This document shows, piece after piece, positions 59,391-64,000 of a stretch of DNA of 64,000 nt. Origin of the DNA: a candidate division FCPU426 bacterium (lineage in GTDB: Bacteria; Oederibacteriota; Muellerivitia; Muellerivitales; Muellerivitaceae); the NCBI GenBank assembly GCA_963771075.1, contig CAVYSE010000028.1:64001-128000 (forward strand). Reading direction: 5' to 3'. Position numbers and translations under genes: made by a program. Positions within the stretch are counted from its first letter, which is position 1. Every line of letters starts with the position of its first letter. The notes beneath the pieces were generated by a model that saw only the letters and a program-made list of their open reading frames with translations, was not told the DNA's origin and searched no databases.

Positions 59391-62213
59391 ATGTTTCAAG
59401 ACGATCCAACCGATCCCCTTTCCTCCCAATCCCCGGCTCAGGGCGATTACACCCTCTCGCACGTGGTGCGTTTTTTCGCGCGCAACCTCGGCCAGGTTAT
59501 TTCCGATCAGGATGGCCCCCAAGCCCTGGCCCTGGTGGAAAGGGTCCGGTCCCTATGCAAACAGCTCCGAGCCACCCCCGGCGAGGCCATCGCCGAGGAA
59601 GTAGCCGCCATCATCGCGGGTCTTTCCCTGGAACAGCTCAACTTGCTCACGAAAGCCTTCACCCATTATTTCGGCCTGATCAACCTGGCGGAGAAGCTGG
59701 AACTGCTTTACCAGATCCGGGAGGAATCCCTTTTAAATCCCCAATCCAAACGGGAGGGTTCCCTTTCTTCCGCCATCCGGCTATTGCGGGAACAGGGGGT
59801 TCCGGCGAAGAAACTGCAAACCCTCCTGGGTCAGGCCCGCATCACCATGGTCTTCACCGCCCACCCCACCGAGTCCAAGCGCCCCACCATCCTGGATAAG
59901 CTTCACCGTATCGGCAGTCTGGCTTCCCGTTTAAGTCAGGAAAGGCTTTTGCGGGAGGAAATGGAGGATTGCCAGAACCAGCTGAGGGAAGAACTGACCT
60001 CCCTCTGGCAGACTGACGATGTGCGCCAGACCCAGCCCGAGGTTTTGGACGAAGTCCGGGGCCATCTTTATTACTATAAGGAAACCCTGATGCAGGTGAT
60101 CCCCTCCCTCTACCGGGAATTGGAGAATTCCCTGAAAGAGGAATATCCCAAGACCCCCTGGCCCCTGAAATCCTTCCTGACCTTCGGCACCTGGATGGGG
60201 GGGGACCGGGACGGCAATCCTTTCGTGACCCCGGCCGTGACGGTCGAGGCCCTCTGTTTGCTCCGTAAAGTGGGTTTGGAATTAACGATGGAATCCGTGG
60301 ACATGCTTTCTTCCCGGCTTTCCATCTCCAGCCGTTGGGCGTCGATTTCCGACCCCCTGCGCCAATCCCTGGAGGCGGACGCGAAACTTTTCCCGGCTCT
60401 TTCCGAAAATCTTTCCCGCCGGTCACCGCGGGAGTATTACCGGCACAAATGCTCCTATATCTCCGAGAAATTGCGCCGGACCCTGGCCTATAACGGCCAA
60501 TTCAAGGAACATTGGCGTGCCGGGCTGGAAAAACCCTTGAAAGACACCTGGTATGCCACGCCCGCAGGGCTTTTGGAGGAATTGAAGATGGTCTCCGGGA
60601 GTTTGATCGGGAACAACGGCGGGATCCTGGCGGAAGGATTCCTGGAGGAGGTGATCCGTCGGGTGGAGGTCTTTGGGTTCAACCTGGCTTCCATGGATGT
60701 GCGGCAGCATAGCGCCCGCCACTCGGCCGCCCTCGCGGAGATCTTTCAAACCATCGGGGTGGCCGACGATTATGACCGCCTGAGCGAAGACTTGAAACGG
60801 GCCATCCTCATCCAGGAACTCAAGGGCAAACGCCCGCTGGTCTCCGACCGTCTGGCCCTCAGCCCCGAAACCCGGGAGACGCTGGAGACCTTCCACATGA
60901 TCGCCCGGGTGAAAGAACACCTGGACCCTTCGGCCCTCCACACCTACATCATCTCCATGACCAAAAACATCAGCGACGTCCTCGCTGTGCTCCTATTGGC
61001 CCGGGAAGCGGGCCTCTTTCTGGACAACGCTTACAGCCGTATCGATGTGGTACCGCTATTTGAGACCCGGGGGGATTTGCGGAACGCCGGGGCCTTCATG
61101 GCCAAGCTCTTCAAGATCGACGTGTACCGACGCCACGTCGCCCAGCGATGCGACCTTCAGGAGATCATGCTCGGCTACAGCGACTCCAACAAGGAAAGCG
61201 GGTACCTGGCGGCCAATTGGTCCCTGTACCGCGCCCAGGTGGATCTGGCCTCGGTGGCGGACCAGCACGAAATCCAATTGCGGCTGTTCCACGGGCGGGG
61301 CGGCAGCATCGGCCGGGGGGGCGGACCCGCCAGCCGGGCGATCCTGGCCCAGCCTCCACGAACCATCCGGGGGGCCCTGAAAATCACCGAGCAGGGAGAG
61401 GTCATCAGCGACCATTACGGCGAGCCGGAAGCGGCCCGCCATCATTTGGAACAAATATTGAACGCCGCCTTACGTAGTTCCTTTCCCTCCAAGGAAGTGA
61501 TGCCGAAAAAAAGCTGGGAACATCTCATGGAAAAAATCGCCGAAGCCTCCCACCAGGCCTACCGGTCCCTGGTTTATGACCATCCCCGCTTCGTGGAATA
61601 CTTCCGCCTGGCCACCCCCATCTCGGAGATCAGCCAGCACCGGATCGCGAGCAGGCCCGCCAGCCGCAAGGTTAGCGACCATATCGAGGATTTGCGCGCC
61701 ATCCCCTGGGTCTTTAGTTGGATGCAGTCCCGCACTACCCTGCCGGGATGGTACGGACTGGGGTCCGCCCTCCAGAAAACGATCAGGGAAACACCCGAGG
61801 GATTATCCCAACTACGGGAAATGTATGCCCAATGGCCCTTTTTCCAGCAGCTCTTGGACAACGCCCAAATGATCCTGTCCAAGGCGGACATGGATATCGC
61901 CCGGCGCTACGCCGCCCTCTGTCCGGACGAGGGGCTTCGGAAGGAAATTTTCGGGCGAATTGAAGCCGAATACCTGGAGTCCCTATCGGCCATCCGGCAA
62001 ATCGCCCAGGTCCAGGAAATCCTGGAAAAGGATATCCAGCTTTTCCAATCTATAAAATTACGCAATCCCTACATTGATCCCATCAGTTTTATACAAATCG
62101 AGTTGATTCAACGTCTACGCTCGAACCCAAGCGAACTTTTGAAGGCCCAACTTCAGGAAGCTATCCTCATGACGATCAACGGCATCGCGGCGGGCCTGAA
62201 AAACACGGGTTAA
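59391..62213 (+). CDS. ppc: Phosphoenolpyruvate carboxylase
   Basis: FTAHPTE, WMGGDRDGNP, MLGYSDSNK, FHGRGGSIGRGG, LRAIPW and GLKNTG motifs. Confidence 0.97.
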   Translation: MFQDDPTDPLSSQSPAQGDYTLSHVVRFFARNLGQVISDQDGPQALALVERVRSLCKQLRATPGEAIAEEVAAIIAGLSLEQLNLLTKAFTHYFGLINLAEKLELLYQIREESLLNPQSKREGSLSSAIRLLREQGVPAKKLQTLLGQARITMVFTAHPTESKRPTILDKLHRIGSLASRLSQERLLREEMEDCQNQLREELTSLWQTDDVRQTQPEVLDEVRGHLYYYKETLMQVIPSLYRELENSLKEEYPKTPWPLKSFLTFGTWMGGDRDGNPFVTPAVTVEALCLLRKVGLELTMESVDMLSSRLSISSRWASISDPLRQSLEADAKLFPALSENLSRRSPREYYRHKCSYISEKLRRTLAYNGQFKEHWRAGLEKPLKDTWYATPAGLLEELKMVSGSLIGNNGGILAEGFLEEVIRRVEVFGFNLASMDVRQHSARHSAALAEIFQTIGVADDYDRLSEDLKRAILIQELKGKRPLVSDRLALSPETRETLETFHMIARVKEHLDPSALHTYIISMTKNISDVLAVLLLAREAGLFLDNAYSRIDVVPLFETRGDLRNAGAFMAKLFKIDVYRRHVAQRCDLQEIMLGYSDSNKESGYLAANWSLYRAQVDLASVADQHEIQLRLFHGRGGSIGRGGGPASRAILAQPPRTIRGALKITEQGEVISDHYGEPEAARHHLEQILNAALRSSFPSKEVMPKKSWEHLMEKIAEASHQAYRSLVYDHPRFVEYFRLATPISEISQHRIASRPASRKVSDHIEDLRAIPWVFSWMQSRTTLPGWYGLGSALQKTIRETPEGLSQLREMYAQWPFFQQLLDNAQMILSKADMDIARRYAALCPDEGLRKEIFGRIEAEYLESLSAIRQIAQVQEILEKDIQLFQSIKLRNPYIDPISFIQIELIQRLRSNPSELLKAQLQEAILMTINGIAAGLKNTG

Positions 62214-62386
62214 CTTTTTTAAATCGGGAATCTCTTGTTCAATTTACAAAGATTTAACCCCACCCAAGCCCGGCCTTAAAACCCCCATGGTCGAATGGAC
62301 AAAACATGACCGAAATCGTATGTACCCGTTGAATTCAATGTAAAATAACGAAGGTCGACGTTCGAAATAGTGAAAGTGCCCTATTC

Positions 62387-63184
62387 ATGCCCAACCCAGC
62401 TCACCCCAACCTTTTGGTCGTAGAACCCAATCCCAATCTCCGCGAATTGCTCGTCATTCGCTTGGAGTGTTTCAATTGTAATGTGTTGGAAGCTTCCAAT
62501 ACCTCCGAGCTGGATAAAATCCTTCCGAACCATCCCGTAGAAATCATTGTCACGGCCTGGTCCATCCCCGGGCTGGAGGGTTTGGAACTGCTCAAGCGGT
62601 TGGAACCCCGCCGTCGCAAGGTGCTCCTTCTGGTCGAATCGGACGTTGAAGTACCGACCGCCAACCTTGCCCTTTTAGGCCTGGATTCGGTCCATACCCA
62701 CAAGAAAAGATCGGACCTTTTTAAAAGGGTCGAGGACCTCTTAGGCCAGGTTCGCAACTTTCCCTCGGAAGCGCCCGTTCCATCCAGCAGACAGATCCTT
62801 CTGGTGGACGATTCCAAGGCCATCCGGTCATTTCTCCGAAAAAGCCTGGAAACTTCGCTGCCCGGTTCCGTGATCCGGGAGGCGGCCGATGGCGTGACCG
62901 CTATCTCCGAAATGTCCAAAAAAAAGGTCGATTTGATCGTGACCGATCTGGAAATGCCCGGAATGGACGGCCGGACTTTCCTGCGCAAGATCCGCCAAAA
63001 TCCGATTTTGAGAGCCAAGCCCATTCTGGTCTTGTCCGGATCCATCACCCACGAGCTTTTGGAGGAATTCAAGGAGGACCCGGCCCTACTTTTCATCGCC
63101 AAGCCCTGCACCGCCGAAGTTTTAGGCCAAAGCGCGGTCCGCCTTCTCAACCCCGAATTGAAAGCTTCCCGGCTGAAAGTTTAA
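62387..63184 (+). CDS. Tandem receiver-domain response regulator
   Basis: Degenerate first receiver; canonical second receiver (LVDD, TDLEMP, KP). Confidence 0.85.
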   Translation: MPNPAHPNLLVVEPNPNLRELLVIRLECFNCNVLEASNTSELDKILPNHPVEIIVTAWSIPGLEGLELLKRLEPRRRKVLLLVESDVEVPTANLALLGLDSVHTHKKRSDLFKRVEDLLGQVRNFPSEAPVPSSRQILLVDDSKAIRSFLRKSLETSLPGSVIREAADGVTAISEMSKKKVDLIVTDLEMPGMDGRTFLRKIRQNPILRAKPILVLSGSITHELLEEFKEDPALLFIAKPCTAEVLGQSAVRLLNPELKASRLKV

Positions 63185-63271
63185 TCCAACGCGAACCCGA
63201 ATATTTCCACGCCCTCACGGCCGAACATAGGCGCCCGATTTGCGCTACTGTAGAAAACCTTCGAGGGTTGG

Positions 63272-63721
63272 TTGTATCCCGTTTATATCAAAAACGTTAA
63301 GATAGGACCCCTTATGGTGCTCAAATCCTTTCCCAACATCCTTCTCGTGGACGACAGCACCACCAACCTTCTCCTGCTTTCCCGCGCCATGAAAGCCAAG
63401 GGTTTTCTTGTAGAAACAGCGGCCAGCGGGGCGGAGGCCCTGGAACTAATCAACAACCATTCCTTCGGCTTGATATTGCTTGATTTGTTGATGCCGGGCC
63501 TGGATGGCTTGGAAGTTTGTCAAAGGCTCAGCCAACATCCCCAGCGGGCGCAATTCAAGGTGGTCATCTGTTCTGGATGCGATGAACTGGAAGTGATCCA
63601 AAACACCCTGGGAACGGGCGCGGACGCCTATTTTGTCAAGGAAGGAACGCCCGAGGAATTCGCCGACCGTTTGGCGGCGCTCTTCGCCGGTGAAACCACC
63701 ACGCCATCCGAACCGCTGTAG
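63272..63721 (+). CDS. Single-domain response regulator
   Basis: LVDDS, LLDLLMP and GADAYFVK motifs; start may be ATG at 63314. Confidence 0.88.
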   Translation: MYPVYIKNVKIGPLMVLKSFPNILLVDDSTTNLLLLSRAMKAKGFLVETAASGAEALELINNHSFGLILLDLLMPGLDGLEVCQRLSQHPQRAQFKVVICSGCDELEVIQNTLGTGADAYFVKEGTPEEFADRLAALFAGETTTPSEPL

Positions 63722-64000
63722 GCCGCCCTGGATTTCGCCGGTCGGCAATCCATCTCCCTGGGCTTGACCTCTCCTACCAAGCCTCCACACGACTTGTCAT
63801 CCGATCGGCCATAACTTAAAACCCCTAACCCTCATCAAATAATTACCACAGGGACAAGGGACGACACCGACCTCATTCATGCTTTATGGAAACTCTTAAG
63901 TGCTGTAACAAAACCATGATTTTCTTGGCGTCTTCGCGGTCAAAGGTTGAGGTTTGGTTACAGGTTTTAATATCCTACGCGCCCTTTAAATCCATCACCG

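Overview
Bacterial chromosomal window, apparently from a diderm organism (it encodes a porin). Secreted enzymes with very long Thr/Pro-rich linkers and YPNP-type C-terminal domains suggest an uncultured lineage such as FCPU426; this is inference only. Core content: PPK2, a YceI/porin/SRPBCC operon under a perfect CRP-type box, frameshifted dinB, two pilT-family ATPases, a Rieske/split cytochrome b/octaheme cytochrome c operon with heme A/O and SCO assembly genes, two GH8 and one GH44 glycoside hydrolases, GT-C-like membrane proteins, a STAND ATPase, a class III cyclase, SDRs, purE, ppc and response regulators. The most interesting part is a ~6.7 kb accessory island (43.56-50.28 kb) between two duplicated membrane-protein genes. 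It holds (1) a large serine recombinase fragment followed by three 28-bp dyad att-like sites, with one apparently promoterless gene between each pair of sites, resembling an integron-like cassette array built on serine-recombinase sites; (2) a HigBA-like toxin-antitoxin pair; (3) an IS110-family (IS1111-type) element whose bridge/seek RNA guides can be read from the sequence and whose RNA-encoding end is tandemly duplicated exactly at its own target-guide core; (4) RAYT-like remnants; and (5) a ParB-domain protein fused to transmembrane helices and an extracytoplasmic domain. Also present: a 216-bp MITE with an 8-bp TSD, a structured leader candidate and two dispersed repeat families. All calls come from reading the sequence; no database searches were run.
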